A stretch of DNA of 64,000 nt from a bacterium (GTDB taxonomy: Bacteria; UBA8248), in assembly GCA_965202625.1 (NCBI GenBank), contig CBDBBI010000010.1:1472001-1536000 (forward strand), given 5' to 3'. The notes under the pieces are model-generated. The model saw only the letters and a program-made list of their open reading frames with translations. It was not told the origin of the DNA and made no database searches. Numbering within the stretch: the stretch's first letter is position 1; every line of letters begins with the position of its first letter. Both the position numbers and the translations under genes were made by a program. Shown here in pieces: positions 29,219-39,738 of this stretch.

Positions 29219-30901
29219 GTGAATCCCGACGCATTGCGAGGCCAGCCCATCACGGAGCTGGCGACCCTCATCAAGGACGGAGAAGCGACGGCGACCGAGG
29301 TGATCGAGAACCACATCGCCAGAATCGAGGCCATCGACCCAACCATCAACGCCTTCACGAGAACCACCTTCACCCTCGCCAGAGAACGGGCGGAGCGACT
29401 CGAGGAGCAACTCGCCCGCGGCGAGTATATGGGGCCGCTCCACGGAGTTCCCGTCGCGCTCAAGGATCTGTTCGACCTGGAGGGCTACGCGACCACGGCG
29501 GGCAGCGGGATTCTGCGAGAGAACGTGGCGAGCGAAACGGCGGAATCCGCGCGTCGGCTCCTGCGCGCCGGGGCCGTGATCGTCGGAAAGACAAACTTGC
29601 AGGAATTCGCCCGAGGCCCCACCGGGGCTGACAGCTTTTTCGGCCCCACGAGGAACCCCTGGAGCCTGGAGCGCACGCCGGGGGGGAGCAGCAGCGGCTC
29701 CGCCGCCAGCGTGGCGGCGGGAATGGCGGCGGCCGCGCTCGGCTCCGACACCGGCGGCTCGGTGCGCCTGCCCGCCTCTTTTTGCAACCTGGTGGGAATG
29801 CGCTCCACCTACGGCCGCGTGAGCAGGGCCGGCGCCGTGCCTCTGGGTCTCAGTTTCGACAACGTGGGTCCCATCGCGCGGACGGTGGAGGACGCCGCCC
29901 TCATCCTGCAGGTCATCGCCGGCCCGGACCCCAAGGATCCGACGACGGGGAATCGCCCCGCGCCCGATTTCTTAGAGCACCTGAACGACGGCGTGCGCGG
30001 CATGACGCTCGGGGTGCCGACCAACCACTTCTGGCCGGGCGCGGACCCCGAGGTTGAGTCGGTGGTTCGAGAGGCCATCGCCCGATTCGAAGGACTCGGC
30101 GCGAGGCTCGTGGAGGTGAAAATTCCCTGGGCACGCCTCGGGCAGGTCGCCTACGCCGCGACAGTCGGACCGGAAAGCGCGGAACATCACCGCAGATTTC
30201 TCGAAAATCATCGGGATCGATACACGTCCCCCGGAGCGGATTTTTTCGAGCACGGTCTGTTCGTTCCGGGCTGGCGATACGTTCAGGCGCAAAAAGCGAG
30301 AACGTTCTTCATTCGACAGGCGGCGGAGGTTTTCAAAAACGTGGACGCCGTGCTCACGCCTACCGCGCCCGTCGCGCCGCCCAGCATCGCCGATTGCCTC
30401 GACGGCATGAGAACGTGGGCGGTGGTGAGCGACAACACGGTCGTCTTCAGCGCCATCGGCAGCCCCGCCCTCCAAATTCCCTGCGGGTTCACGAAGGCGC
30501 GCCTGCCCGTCGGCCTTCAGATTGCGGGAAGGTGGGGGGATGAGGCGCGCCTCTTCCGGATAGGCAAGGCACTCGAAACCGCCCATCCACTGTGGAGAAT
30601 CAGGCCGCCCGAAATCAATGAACAACCGCCTCCGGGCGCGTTTCCGAAAAAGACCCTCGCTCCGACGCCGCAGGAAGCGTCAGACGCCGAGGCCGCAGCC
30701 CACATCTTGCGCATGGCGAAAAATATGGGGTATGCGGCGGCCCCGCAGCGGTCCGGGCGTCTCGCCGAGGGCGTCGAGAATGCGCTGTCGGCACTCCAAG
30801 AACTCGATCGTCTGAATCTGGATGGTTGCGAGCGCGCGGAGACGCTGAACCTTCTCGAAATCGACCTCGACTCGATTCCAGGTACAGGGCGAAGGGCCTA
30901 A
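29219..30901 (+). CDS. Amidase signature family enzyme with a C-terminal extension
   Basis: Catalytic Lys (ALKD), GGSSSGS and GSDTGGSVR intact; about 90 extra C-terminal residues. Confidence 0.9.
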   Translation: MNPDALRGQPITELATLIKDGEATATEVIENHIARIEAIDPTINAFTRTTFTLARERAERLEEQLARGEYMGPLHGVPVALKDLFDLEGYATTAGSGILRENVASETAESARRLLRAGAVIVGKTNLQEFARGPTGADSFFGPTRNPWSLERTPGGSSSGSAASVAAGMAAAALGSDTGGSVRLPASFCNLVGMRSTYGRVSRAGAVPLGLSFDNVGPIARTVEDAALILQVIAGPDPKDPTTGNRPAPDFLEHLNDGVRGMTLGVPTNHFWPGADPEVESVVREAIARFEGLGARLVEVKIPWARLGQVAYAATVGPESAEHHRRFLENHRDRYTSPGADFFEHGLFVPGWRYVQAQKARTFFIRQAAEVFKNVDAVLTPTAPVAPPSIADCLDGMRTWAVVSDNTVVFSAIGSPALQIPCGFTKARLPVGLQIAGRWGDEARLFRIGKALETAHPLWRIRPPEINEQPPPGAFPKKTLAPTPQEASDAEAAAHILRMAKNMGYAAAPQRSGRLAEGVENALSALQELDRLNLDGCERAETLNLLEIDLDSIPGTGRRA

Positions 30902-32022
30902 TCCGGCTTCAGGAGAACTTTCAGACACTCTCCCGTTCCCGTGACCTCAATGCCCGCCTGCGCTTGGGAGAGGGGGAGGCGATGGGTGAAAATATCGTCA
31001 ATCGGCAAGGTCGTTCTCAGGAGCATGTCCATCGCTGGTTCGAACTGCACCTGCGGATACGCCCATGAGCCGCAGATGTCCACGTCTTTGTTGCACACCT
31101 GGTGGGGTCTGATCTCCACCCCTCCGGAGTCGCCGTAATGGCCGACTTCCACCAGCTTTCCGCCCCGGCGGACAACGTCAAGACTCTCGGCGAAGGCCGC
31201 GGGAACGCCCGCCGCCTCCACCACCACGTCAGGCCCCACGCCGTCCGTCCAAGAAAGAATGCGCTCCTGCCTTTCCTCCCGCGAGAGGATTGAGAGGCAC
31301 ACCGTCTTCGTGGCGCCGAACCTCTCGGAAAAAGCGAGCCGCTCCTCCACCGCGTCCACCGCGATGATCTCGCCCGCTCCCATCGTCCGCAAGGCGGCCA
31401 CGACCAGCAGCCCGATCGGGCCAACCCCCATGACGGCGCATCGCGCCCCCGGGCCAAACCCCTCGCCCGCATAGGGAATGCCTGGAGAGAGGGCGCGCCC
31501 TGCCGCTCTTTGGGCCACCGCCAAAGGCTCGCAAAGCGTCGCCCGCTCCAGTGCGAGACCTTTCGGCAGTTTGAGGACGAAAGCGTCTCCCGGAACGTAC
31601 ATATACTCCGAGAACGCCCCGTAAAGATGGGGAGCCTCGGCCGAGGAGCGAAACCCGAAAACCGAGCGGTTCGGGCACAACTGGGGCCGATGCGGCGCAT
31701 GAACGCAAAACCAGCATTTGCCGCAAGCCTGACTGCCTGGGGCGACGGTGATCGCGTCGCCCTCCTTGATGGGGCCGCCCACAACCTTCATGGCCGCATT
31801 CGCCGAGGGGCCGATATTCTCGACGACCCCGCTGAATTCGTGACCCGGAATCACCGGCCACGCGGCGCGCAGGCGACCTGCGTACATATGCTTGTCCGAA
31901 CCGCAAATCCCGACGGCGGCCACCCGCATCAAAAGGGCGTCGTCCTCTATCTCGGGCATGGGGTATTCCCGAAGGGCGATCTCGCCCGGTTGAAGCATCG
32001 TGGCGGCTCGAACGGTCGACAT
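30898..32022 (-). CDS. Zinc-binding alcohol dehydrogenase family protein
   Basis: GICGSD, GHEF, CGKCWFC, GVGPIG. Confidence 0.92.
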   Translation of the reverse strand: MSTVRAATMLQPGEIALREYPMPEIEDDALLMRVAAVGICGSDKHMYAGRLRAAWPVIPGHEFSGVVENIGPSANAAMKVVGGPIKEGDAITVAPGSQACGKCWFCVHAPHRPQLCPNRSVFGFRSSAEAPHLYGAFSEYMYVPGDAFVLKLPKGLALERATLCEPLAVAQRAAGRALSPGIPYAGEGFGPGARCAVMGVGPIGLLVVAALRTMGAGEIIAVDAVEERLAFSERFGATKTVCLSILSREERQERILSWTDGVGPDVVVEAAGVPAAFAESLDVVRRGGKLVEVGHYGDSGGVEIRPHQVCNKDVDICGSWAYPQVQFEPAMDMLLRTTLPIDDIFTHRLPLSQAQAGIEVTGTGECLKVLLKPD

Positions 32023-32183
32023 CAAATCCTCCCCCCTTGAAACGATGGACGTAGCGCGCGCGGAAATGGAAAGTGGATGCGATCGCCCCGGGAACTTGTT
32101 CTCGAGGCCACTTTAGCGTATCTGTGCCTCTCGCCACAACGCGAGACGGTGGAGACGAAACGCGGAGCCGTCTGAGGGATACC

Positions 32184-33050
32184 ATGCCGCTGGAAAAAAC
32201 GCTCGCCATCTTCGGCTACCCCTTGGGGCACACGCTGTCGCCCCTCATGCACAACGCGGCGGCAAAGGCGATGAACCTGCCCTATCGCTTCATGGCCTAC
32301 GAGGTGCATCCCGATTGCTACGCGGAGGCGGTCCGCGGCGCACGCGCGATGGGCTTTGCCGGCTTTTGCGTCACCATCCCCCACAAGGTGAGCACTTTTC
32401 GGCTCGTGGACGAGGTAAGCGAGGACGCGAAACTCATGGGTGCCGTGAACGTCGTAACCCTCGAGCGCGACGGGAAACTCAAGGGGCACAACACTGACGG
32501 CACGGGCTGGCTTCGCTCCATGGAGGAGGAGACGGGCGTCTCGCCCAAGGGGAAAAAATGCCTCCTGCTGGGGGCGGGAGGCGCCGCTCGGGCGATCGCC
32601 GTCAAACTCGCGCAATCGGGAGCGGCGCACATCGAGATTCGCAACCGCACGCCGGAGAAGGCCGTCTCGCTGGCGCGCGAGACGCAGTCGCACTTTCCGG
32701 ACGTCAAGGTTCACGGGGGTGGCACGGGCGCCCTTGAATCCGCCGCCCAAGAACGGGACATTATCGTCAACACGACGAGCCTGGGAATGGCCGGCGACAA
32801 AGACAGGGAAACCGCATGCCCCCTGCCCGAGGCGTGGATACCGGCCGGGTGCATCTGCCTGGACGCGGTTTACAACCCGCTCGAGACCCCGTTCCTCAGG
32901 GCGGCGCGCAGAAGAAAAGGCGCACGCGCCGTCTCAGGCGTCGGCTGGCTCCTGCACCAGGGAGCCGAGGGCTGGAGGCTCTGGACGGGGACGCAGATGC
33001 CCGTCGAGCGCGTGCGAGAGAGGATCATCGAAGCCCTTCGGGGCCGATAG
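32184..33050 (+). CDS. aroE: Shikimate dehydrogenase
   Basis: HTLSPLMHN, VTIPHK, GHNTDG, GAGGAARA, NTTSLGM. Confidence 0.92.
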   Translation: MPLEKTLAIFGYPLGHTLSPLMHNAAAKAMNLPYRFMAYEVHPDCYAEAVRGARAMGFAGFCVTIPHKVSTFRLVDEVSEDAKLMGAVNVVTLERDGKLKGHNTDGTGWLRSMEEETGVSPKGKKCLLLGAGGAARAIAVKLAQSGAAHIEIRNRTPEKAVSLARETQSHFPDVKVHGGGTGALESAAQERDIIVNTTSLGMAGDKDRETACPLPEAWIPAGCICLDAVYNPLETPFLRAARRRKGARAVSGVGWLLHQGAEGWRLWTGTQMPVERVRERIIEALRGR

Positions 33051-33086
33051 GGGCGGAACCGAGATGAGACAAATCGGAGAAACTAC

Positions 33087-34277
33087 ATGAAAGCGCCGCT
33101 TGAGGGGGTTCGCGTCCTCGACCTTTCCAGAATTCTGGCGGGGCCGTTTTGCACGATGACGCTCGGCGACATGGGCGCCGAGGTCATCAAGATCGAAAAT
33201 CCACAAGGGGGGGACGACACCCGCGGCTGGCCGCCCTTCTACGAGGGAGGAGAGAGCAGCTACTTTCAGTCCGTGAACCGCAACAAGAAAAGTCTGACGC
33301 TGAACCTGAAGGCGGAGGTGGGGAAATCCATCTTGCGGGCGTTGATCAAAAAATCGGACGTCCTGATTCAGAACTTCAGGCCGGGCGCCATTGAGCGGCT
33401 CGGCTTCGACTGGAAAACCTGCCGCGCGCTCAACCCCAGGCTCATCTACGCGAGCGTCTCCGGCTATGGACAAAGCGGCCCCTCCAGGGAGAGACCCGCC
33501 TACGACATCCTCCTGCAGGGCGAGGGCGGTCTCATGAGCATCACGGGCGCGGAGGGAGGCGGCGGCTTCAAGACGGGAATCGCCATCGCCGACCTCACCA
33601 CCGCCATGTTCGCCACCCAGGGAATTCTGCTGGCCATTATCGCCCGGCACAGGACGGGGGAAGGCCAATACGTGGACGCCGCGATTCAGGACGGGCAGGC
33701 CGCCCTGATGAGCCACGCCGCGGGAAACTATTTCGCCACGGGCGTCTCGCCCGGACGTATGGGCAATCGCCACCCGAGCATATCCCCGTATCGCGATTTT
33801 CCCTGCGCGGACGGAGCGCTCATCGTGGCGGCGGCAAACGACTCTCTCTGGGATCGGTTCGCCCGCGCCATAGGCAGGGCGGATCTGGCAGACGACCCGG
33901 AGTGGGCGAAAAACGCGGAGCGCGTCCTCGGCCGCGATGCACTGGAGGCGGAAATCGAAAAGACGATGCGCGCGAAGACCCGCGCGGAATGGGCGCGAAT
34001 CGTATCAGAAGCCGGAGTGCCCTGCGGACCCGTGAGAACGATCGAGGAGTTGTGCGCGGATCCGCAGATTCATCACCGGGAGATGATCGTCGAGATGGCA
34101 CACGCGAAAACCGGCGCCTTGAAGATGATGGGCATCCCTGTGAAGCTCTCGGACACGCCGGGAGAAATCCGCTTGCCCCCTCCCCTTCTTGGCGAACACA
34201 CCGAAAGTATCCTGTCCGACCTGCTGGGCAAATCAGAGGAGGACGTCCAGGTACTCAGGGAAAAGGGGGTCGTCTAA
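33087..34277 (+). CDS. CoA transferase family III (CaiB/BaiF)
   Basis: LSRILAGPF, NRNKKS, NFRPG, AYD, PPLLGEHT. Confidence 0.95.
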   Translation: MKAPLEGVRVLDLSRILAGPFCTMTLGDMGAEVIKIENPQGGDDTRGWPPFYEGGESSYFQSVNRNKKSLTLNLKAEVGKSILRALIKKSDVLIQNFRPGAIERLGFDWKTCRALNPRLIYASVSGYGQSGPSRERPAYDILLQGEGGLMSITGAEGGGGFKTGIAIADLTTAMFATQGILLAIIARHRTGEGQYVDAAIQDGQAALMSHAAGNYFATGVSPGRMGNRHPSISPYRDFPCADGALIVAAANDSLWDRFARAIGRADLADDPEWAKNAERVLGRDALEAEIEKTMRAKTRAEWARIVSEAGVPCGPVRTIEELCADPQIHHREMIVEMAHAKTGALKMMGIPVKLSDTPGEIRLPPPLLGEHTESILSDLLGKSEEDVQVLREKGVV

Positions 34278-34365
34278 GGCGCCTTGCCAGACACGCCTTT
34301 CGCCGATAGGATAGATAAGTCCCGTCACGTTCTGACTTCCGTCTTCGTGCGGGCGGGGTCAGCCC

Positions 34366-35391
34366 GTGAAACGAGAGCGGAGAAACGCCCTGAGAACGGT
34401 CACGTATTCATTCAACTTCACCTTACCCATCACCAACTGGTGCGTGAACCACTGCGGCTATTGCAGTTTCCGCAGCAATGCGCCCATCCTGCTCTCCCTT
34501 GAGGAATGCGAGCGGCGCGCGCGGCGCGCTCATGCGCAGGGGGTGATCGAGGCCCTCGTCATGACCGGAGAGGGAATCGACAGGCACAAGGGGCTCAAAG
34601 GCCAGCTCAAGGCGTGGGGATACGACACCTACGCCGCCTATACGGCGCAGGTGTGCAAAATCTGCATGGAAGTCGGTCTGCTCCCTCACGCCAACATCGG
34701 CACCCTAGAGGAGTGGGAATACGAGATTCTCCAACCCTACAACGTCTCGATGGGCATGATGATGGAGACCGTCAGCCCGAAAGCGACGCACGCCGCTCAC
34801 CGCGCGGCGCCGACGAAGGCGCCCGAGAGAAGGCTCGCCTCCCTTGAGGCGGCGGGAAAGTGCGGAGTCGCGTTCACGACCGGTATACTCGTCGGAATCG
34901 GAGAATCGCCCGCCGAGCGCGTCGCCGCGCTCGAGGCCATCGCCAAAATCCATCGACGCTACGGACATATCCAGGAGATCATCCTCCAACCCTTGAACCC
35001 CCAACCCATGACGCCCATGGCCGGCTGGAAGAGACCGCCGGATGCGGAAATTGTGGAGCTGATCCCCCACGTGCGAAGACTTATGCCGGGCGTCCACGTC
35101 CAGGTTCCCCCGAACCTGGTGGATGATCTACTCGGCCTCATCATGGCGGGGGCCGACGATATCGGGGGGGTCGCGCCCGAGCCCGATCACATCAACCCAA
35201 ACCGCGGCTGGCCCAAACTGGGCAACCTCGACGCCTCCCTCCACCGCGAGGACGTATCGTTGCGGCTGCGGATGCCGATATACGACGAGTTCATTGAGGC
35301 AAACTGGGCTCCGCCCGCGACCCTGCCGGCGCTTGGCCGGATGCTGGATAGGCGTGAATCCGAAGAAATCCTGCCGGCGGAGATCGCATGA
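34366..35391 (+). CDS. cofG: FO synthase subunit 1 (radical SAM)
   Basis: VTYS, CVNHCGYC, GLLPHANIG, FTTGILVGIGE, HIQEIILQ, QVPPNL, DHINP...WP. Confidence 0.92.
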   Translation: MKRERRNALRTVTYSFNFTLPITNWCVNHCGYCSFRSNAPILLSLEECERRARRAHAQGVIEALVMTGEGIDRHKGLKGQLKAWGYDTYAAYTAQVCKICMEVGLLPHANIGTLEEWEYEILQPYNVSMGMMMETVSPKATHAAHRAAPTKAPERRLASLEAAGKCGVAFTTGILVGIGESPAERVAALEAIAKIHRRYGHIQEIILQPLNPQPMTPMAGWKRPPDAEIVELIPHVRRLMPGVHVQVPPNLVDDLLGLIMAGADDIGGVAPEPDHINPNRGWPKLGNLDASLHREDVSLRLRMPIYDEFIEANWAPPATLPALGRMLDRRESEEILPAEIA

Positions 35392-36656
35392 GCACCCTCC
35401 CCGTTCACGAGATTCTCGACGCCTTTGAGGCGGGTACGGAAATATCGCGCGACGGCGCGGCCACCCTGCTCGCTGAGAGGAGCGCGGAGTTCGTCGAGCG
35501 TCTCCATGCGGCGGCGGACGCAGAGAGAAAACGAGCCGTCGGCGACGAGGTGAGCTACGTCGTCAACGCGAACGTGAACTTCACGAATGTATGCTATACG
35601 GACTGCAAATACTGCGGCTTCTGGCGGCGACCGAACGCTGCCGACGCCTACACGCACGACGACGATACGCTGCGCCGGAAATTCGAGCGTGCGCGGAATT
35701 TCGGCGTCCGCGAAATCTGTATGCAGGGGGGGCTGAACCCGCAGATATCGATCGATCGCTATGAAGAGGTGCTCCGGCTTGCGCGCGATGTCATTCCTGG
35801 CGTCCACATGCACGCCTACTCGCCCGCGGAAATCGACCACATTCAAAGAAAAACGAGGCTGCCGCTTGAGGAGGTACTGACGCGACTTAAGGAGGCGGGG
35901 CTCGGCTCCATTCCGGGAACGGCCGCGGAGATCCTCGTAGAAAGAGTGAAGAAGCTGATCAGCCCAGGGAGAATCCCCGTCGAGAGATGGTGTGAAATCA
36001 TCCGGGCGGCTCATCGCGTGGGAATTCCAACGACGTCCACCGTCATGTATGGGCACATTGAGAGCAACGCTGATCTGGCCGAACACCTCGACGTCTTGCG
36101 AAAAATGCAAAAAGACTCCCTGAAGGCAAACCGAGGCGCGCGGTTCACTGAATTCGTTCCACTTCCCTTCATCCCCTACGGCAACAAGATGGGCGAGGAG
36201 TTCGGCATCACAGAGATGGCAGACCTAGAGACCATTTTCAGGCTTCACGCAGTCGCTCGGCTTTTCTTTCGGGGAACGATAGCCAACATTCAGGTGGCCT
36301 GGCCGAAAATCGGAATCGACGCCGCCCGAAAGGCGCTGTCCCTTGGAGTGAACGACCTGGGCGGAACGCTGATTGAGGAGAATATCTCCAGGGAATCGGG
36401 GGCGGAATACGGACAAAGCCTGAGCCCGGCGCAGTTCAACGAGGCGATACGGGGGGCCGGTCGGATTCCCGTGCAGCGCACGACCACGTACGACATCATT
36501 CGCCAGAGCGACCCGAGATACCGCCCCCCCCTACCGGACGATGAGACACTGCTCGGCGCCGGCGCGGCGGGCGGAAGAAAGACGGGCGACTTCATTCCCG
36601 AGGCGCGTCTGGGAGTTTTTCCATCCGCCCCGACCGGCCGGAGAGGACATCCTTGA
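35388..36656 (+). CDS. cofH: FO synthase subunit 2 (radical SAM)
   Basis: NVNFTNVCYTDCKYCGF, PGTAAEIL, TSTVMYGHIE, FTEFVPLPF, NDLGGTLIEENISR; overlaps cofG. Confidence 0.92.
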   Translation: MSTLPVHEILDAFEAGTEISRDGAATLLAERSAEFVERLHAAADAERKRAVGDEVSYVVNANVNFTNVCYTDCKYCGFWRRPNAADAYTHDDDTLRRKFERARNFGVREICMQGGLNPQISIDRYEEVLRLARDVIPGVHMHAYSPAEIDHIQRKTRLPLEEVLTRLKEAGLGSIPGTAAEILVERVKKLISPGRIPVERWCEIIRAAHRVGIPTTSTVMYGHIESNADLAEHLDVLRKMQKDSLKANRGARFTEFVPLPFIPYGNKMGEEFGITEMADLETIFRLHAVARLFFRGTIANIQVAWPKIGIDAARKALSLGVNDLGGTLIEENISRESGAEYGQSLSPAQFNEAIRGAGRIPVQRTTTYDIIRQSDPRYRPPLPDDETLLGAGAAGGRKTGDFIPEARLGVFPSAPTGRRGHP

Positions 36657-38095
36657 GCGCATTTCACCATCCCTCCTTCAAGGACATGATGAACGACGTG
36701 GTGGACGCCGGTAGCTGTTGCGAATGCGGAAGCTGCGTTCTCGTCTGCCCGCACAACGTCATCGAATACATCGACGCCAAGCCCAAGCAAACTGCCAAGG
36801 CGAAGGCTGATTTTGACTATTGCGGCGTCAGCGAGGGGGTAGGCTGCGACGTGTGCGCGTCGGTGTGCCCCAGGCTTTGGCCGAGGGAGGTCCACCTGAG
36901 GGACGCCGCGTTCAGGGAGAGAAGAAGCGAGGGATACGAGGGCGTCTTCGGCTCCTACAGGCATATCTTCATGGCGAGAACCAAGCGCGAGGACGTGATG
37001 CGGCGTGCCCAGGACGGCGGCGTCGTCACCGCGCTGCTCGCGTGGGCACTCGCGCAGGACGTCATCGACGGGGCGGTGGTCTCCGCCGTCGGGGAGGACG
37101 ACCCGCCGTGCGACCCGAGCCCGAAAGTCGTCACGACGTATGAGGAGATTCGCGCCAGCGCGGGTAGCTGGTACACCTATTGCGCGAACAATCTCGCACT
37201 GGAGGAGGTGCGAAAAAGAGACCTCAAAAAAGTGGGGTTCGTGGGCGTTCCGTGCCAGATCACCCCGTTGCGCAAGATGGAGCTCATCGACCCTTCCTTT
37301 CTGGTTTCACACAAGAAAAGACCCCAGCACATCGAGAAGCAGCGCGGGTTCCTGAGAGGGTTCGCCGAGCGCGTCGCCTTTCAGATCGGCCTGTTCTGCA
37401 CAGAGGTTTTCACCTTCGACCTCATGACGGAGAAAATTCAAAAGGAGCTGGGCGTCCCCCTCACGGATGTGGCGAAGTTCAACGTGAAGGGCGAGGTGCT
37501 CGTCCACAAGAAGGACGGGGAGCTCATCACCTTCTCCCTCCAAGAGGCGATGGAGAATTACCAGCGTCCCGAGTGCCAGCACTGCGCGGATTTCTCCGCG
37601 GAGCTTGCGGACATCGCCTGTGGAGGCGTGGGCACGCGGGGGTGGACGATCGTGGTCCTGCGCACCGAGAAGGGCGAGGCGATCTGGCGTAAATTCGAAA
37701 AGGAGGGGCTTTTGGAGACCCGCCCCATCCAGGAGAACAAAAGGGCCTGGAACATTCTGAACATTCTGGCGAGAAGACAGCGAAACCGCGTCCCAAGGTT
37801 GGGGATGAGAAGCGGCACGCCGCCGGGCCTCCCCCAATACGACGGCATCGAGGGCGCGCGCCTCACCGCCCGAAGAATGCAGTCGAGCGCGAAAACGCCC
37901 GAAGAGGCGGAGGAGTGCCTCGCCACGGCCTACGGGGACGAGCCGCGTCCCGCCGACGTGCGCGGCTACCTCGCCGGCCAGCCAATTCCGGGCGATCTAG
38001 GAGATCCGCCCCCCGGAGAGAAACGCAAGCTTCCCCCGCCCCCCAGCCCGGCCCAGGGCGGAGCGCCGCCGGGCGGGAAGTTTTCCGGGCCGTAA
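36653..38095 (+). CDS. Coenzyme F420 hydrogenase/dehydrogenase beta subunit (FrhB/FpoF-like) with N-terminal Fe-S motifs
   Basis: CCECGSCVLVCP, CDVCASVCP, QDGGVVTALL, GVPCQ, IGLFC, CQHCADFSAELADI. Confidence 0.88.
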   Translation: MSAFHHPSFKDMMNDVVDAGSCCECGSCVLVCPHNVIEYIDAKPKQTAKAKADFDYCGVSEGVGCDVCASVCPRLWPREVHLRDAAFRERRSEGYEGVFGSYRHIFMARTKREDVMRRAQDGGVVTALLAWALAQDVIDGAVVSAVGEDDPPCDPSPKVVTTYEEIRASAGSWYTYCANNLALEEVRKRDLKKVGFVGVPCQITPLRKMELIDPSFLVSHKKRPQHIEKQRGFLRGFAERVAFQIGLFCTEVFTFDLMTEKIQKELGVPLTDVAKFNVKGEVLVHKKDGELITFSLQEAMENYQRPECQHCADFSAELADIACGGVGTRGWTIVVLRTEKGEAIWRKFEKEGLLETRPIQENKRAWNILNILARRQRNRVPRLGMRSGTPPGLPQYDGIEGARLTARRMQSSAKTPEEAEECLATAYGDEPRPADVRGYLAGQPIPGDLGDPPPGEKRKLPPPPSPAQGGAPPGGKFSGP

Positions 38096-38096
38096 G

Positions 38097-38732
38097 TTGG
38101 ATGCCCACACACTTGAGGAGAAAAACCGCCCGCTGGAGCTCTCCCTTGAAGAGGCCCTGCGCGCAAGACGCTCCGTCAGGCGCTTCGACCCAAAACCCGT
38201 TCCGATGGAGGTATTGCGGACCGCCATGTCCGCCGCTTGCCTGGCACCCAGTCCGCATGGAACGCGCCCCTGGCGGTTCTGCGTTCTCGACTCGCAAGAG
38301 GCCAAACGCGCTCTCGCCACCGAGATGGGAAAAGATTTTCTCCGCGACATGCGGACGGAGGGCGTAGCGGAGGAGGAGCGCGCGCGCAGGCATCGGGGAA
38401 GCGTCGGCCTGCTGACCCAGGCGCCCGCTCTCATCATGGCGTCTCTCTCATACGCCAATCTGGACGAATACGAGGCGAGAGAGAAGCAGTCCAACGAATG
38501 GATGATGGCCGAGCACAGCTTGGGAGGCGCCTTGCAAAACCTCATGCTCGCCCTGGCGGCCCAGGGCGTGGGCTCGGTGTGGCGCTGCGCGCCCCTGTTC
38601 TGTCCCGAGACGGCCCGAAAGGCGTTGGACCTTCCCGCCGACTGGCAGCCCAGGGCGCTCGTCGTCGCCGGCTACCCGACGCATCCGCCCACGCCCCGGG
38701 AAGCGCCTGCGCCGGTCGTGATCCTCCGGTGA
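38097..38732 (+). CDS. Nitroreductase family protein resembling the FbiB C-terminal domain (probable dehydro-F420 reductase)
   Basis: RRSVRRF, APSPHGTRPWRF, QNLMLALAAQGVGSVW, PLFCP; sits inside the F420 operon. Confidence 0.8.
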   Translation: MDAHTLEEKNRPLELSLEEALRARRSVRRFDPKPVPMEVLRTAMSAACLAPSPHGTRPWRFCVLDSQEAKRALATEMGKDFLRDMRTEGVAEEERARRHRGSVGLLTQAPALIMASLSYANLDEYEAREKQSNEWMMAEHSLGGALQNLMLALAAQGVGSVWRCAPLFCPETARKALDLPADWQPRALVVAGYPTHPPTPREAPAPVVILR

Positions 38733-39673
38733 GTTTCTCCGGCCCGGTAGTCGCGCTTGCCGGCGGGGTGGGCGGAGCGAAACTCGCCGTCGGTCTCGCC
38801 GGCGTCCTCCCCGAGGGCCGGCTGAGCGTCATCGTGAACACCGCAGACGACCTGGCGCTTCACGGCCTGCATATCAGCCCGGATATCGACACGGTGATGT
38901 ATAACCTGGCGGGCATGTCGAACCCCGAGACGGGCTGGGGGATCGAAGGCGACCGAACGAGTGCGCTCGAACTGCTCGGCCGCTACGGGGGACCCACCTG
39001 GTTTCGGTTGGGGGACAAGGACCTGGCGACCCACGTCCGACGCACCCAGCGTCTGGCCGAGGGCGCACGCCTCACGGAGGTGACCCAGGAGCTCGCCGCC
39101 TCTCTGGGCGTCAAGACGAAGATACTCCCCATGACGGACGCGTCCATCGCCACCCGTGTCCGGACGCCGGAGGGGGAACTCGAGTTTCAGGATTATTTCG
39201 TCGCGCGGGGAACGCGGCCCAAGGTGTGCGGCGTGCGATTCCAGGGGGCGGATGGGGCGAAAACCACTCCGGAGGTCTCTCGCGCGATTGACGAGGCGCG
39301 CGCGGTCGTCTTTTGCCCGTCAAATCCGATTGTGAGCATCGGCCCCATTCTGGCGATCGCACAGATTCGAGAACGCCTTCGCGGCGCGTCCGTTCCGCGC
39401 GTGGGCGTGAGTCCCATCATCGGAGGCGCCGCCCTGCGGGGCCCCGCCGCCGACATGCTCCGGAGTCTGGGGCACGAGGCGTCGGCCCTGGGCGTCGCCA
39501 GGGTTCTCAAAGACGTAATCGACGGGTTCGTCGTGGACGCGGAAGACGAGGCGCTCCTCTCATCCATCCAGAAAATCGGAATAAGGAGCGTTGCCTTGCC
39601 CAGCGTGATGTTAGACGCCGATTCCAAGAAAAAACTCGCGCGCGGCGTTTTGGAATTCATCGCGTCCATGTGA
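38729..39673 (+). CDS. cofD: LPPG/EPPG:FO phospholactate transferase
   Basis: LAGGVGGAKL, VNTADD, ISPDIDT, WFRLGDKDLATH, FQDYFV, PSNPIVSIGPIL; GTG start overlaps the upstream stop. Confidence 0.95.
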   Translation: MSFSGPVVALAGGVGGAKLAVGLAGVLPEGRLSVIVNTADDLALHGLHISPDIDTVMYNLAGMSNPETGWGIEGDRTSALELLGRYGGPTWFRLGDKDLATHVRRTQRLAEGARLTEVTQELAASLGVKTKILPMTDASIATRVRTPEGELEFQDYFVARGTRPKVCGVRFQGADGAKTTPEVSRAIDEARAVVFCPSNPIVSIGPILAIAQIRERLRGASVPRVGVSPIIGGAALRGPAADMLRSLGHEASALGVARVLKDVIDGFVVDAEDEALLSSIQKIGIRSVALPSVMLDADSKKKLARGVLEFIASM

Positions 39674-39738
39674 GAGATAGGTGAGGAGAATTCAGGTATA
39701 ATCAAACCACGCTCTCGCTTCACGACGCCCCGGGATGG

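Noticed and set aside
29219-30901. gatA (Glu-tRNA amidotransferase subunit A)
   Set aside because: No gatB or gatC adjacent, and the sequence fits a general amidase better.
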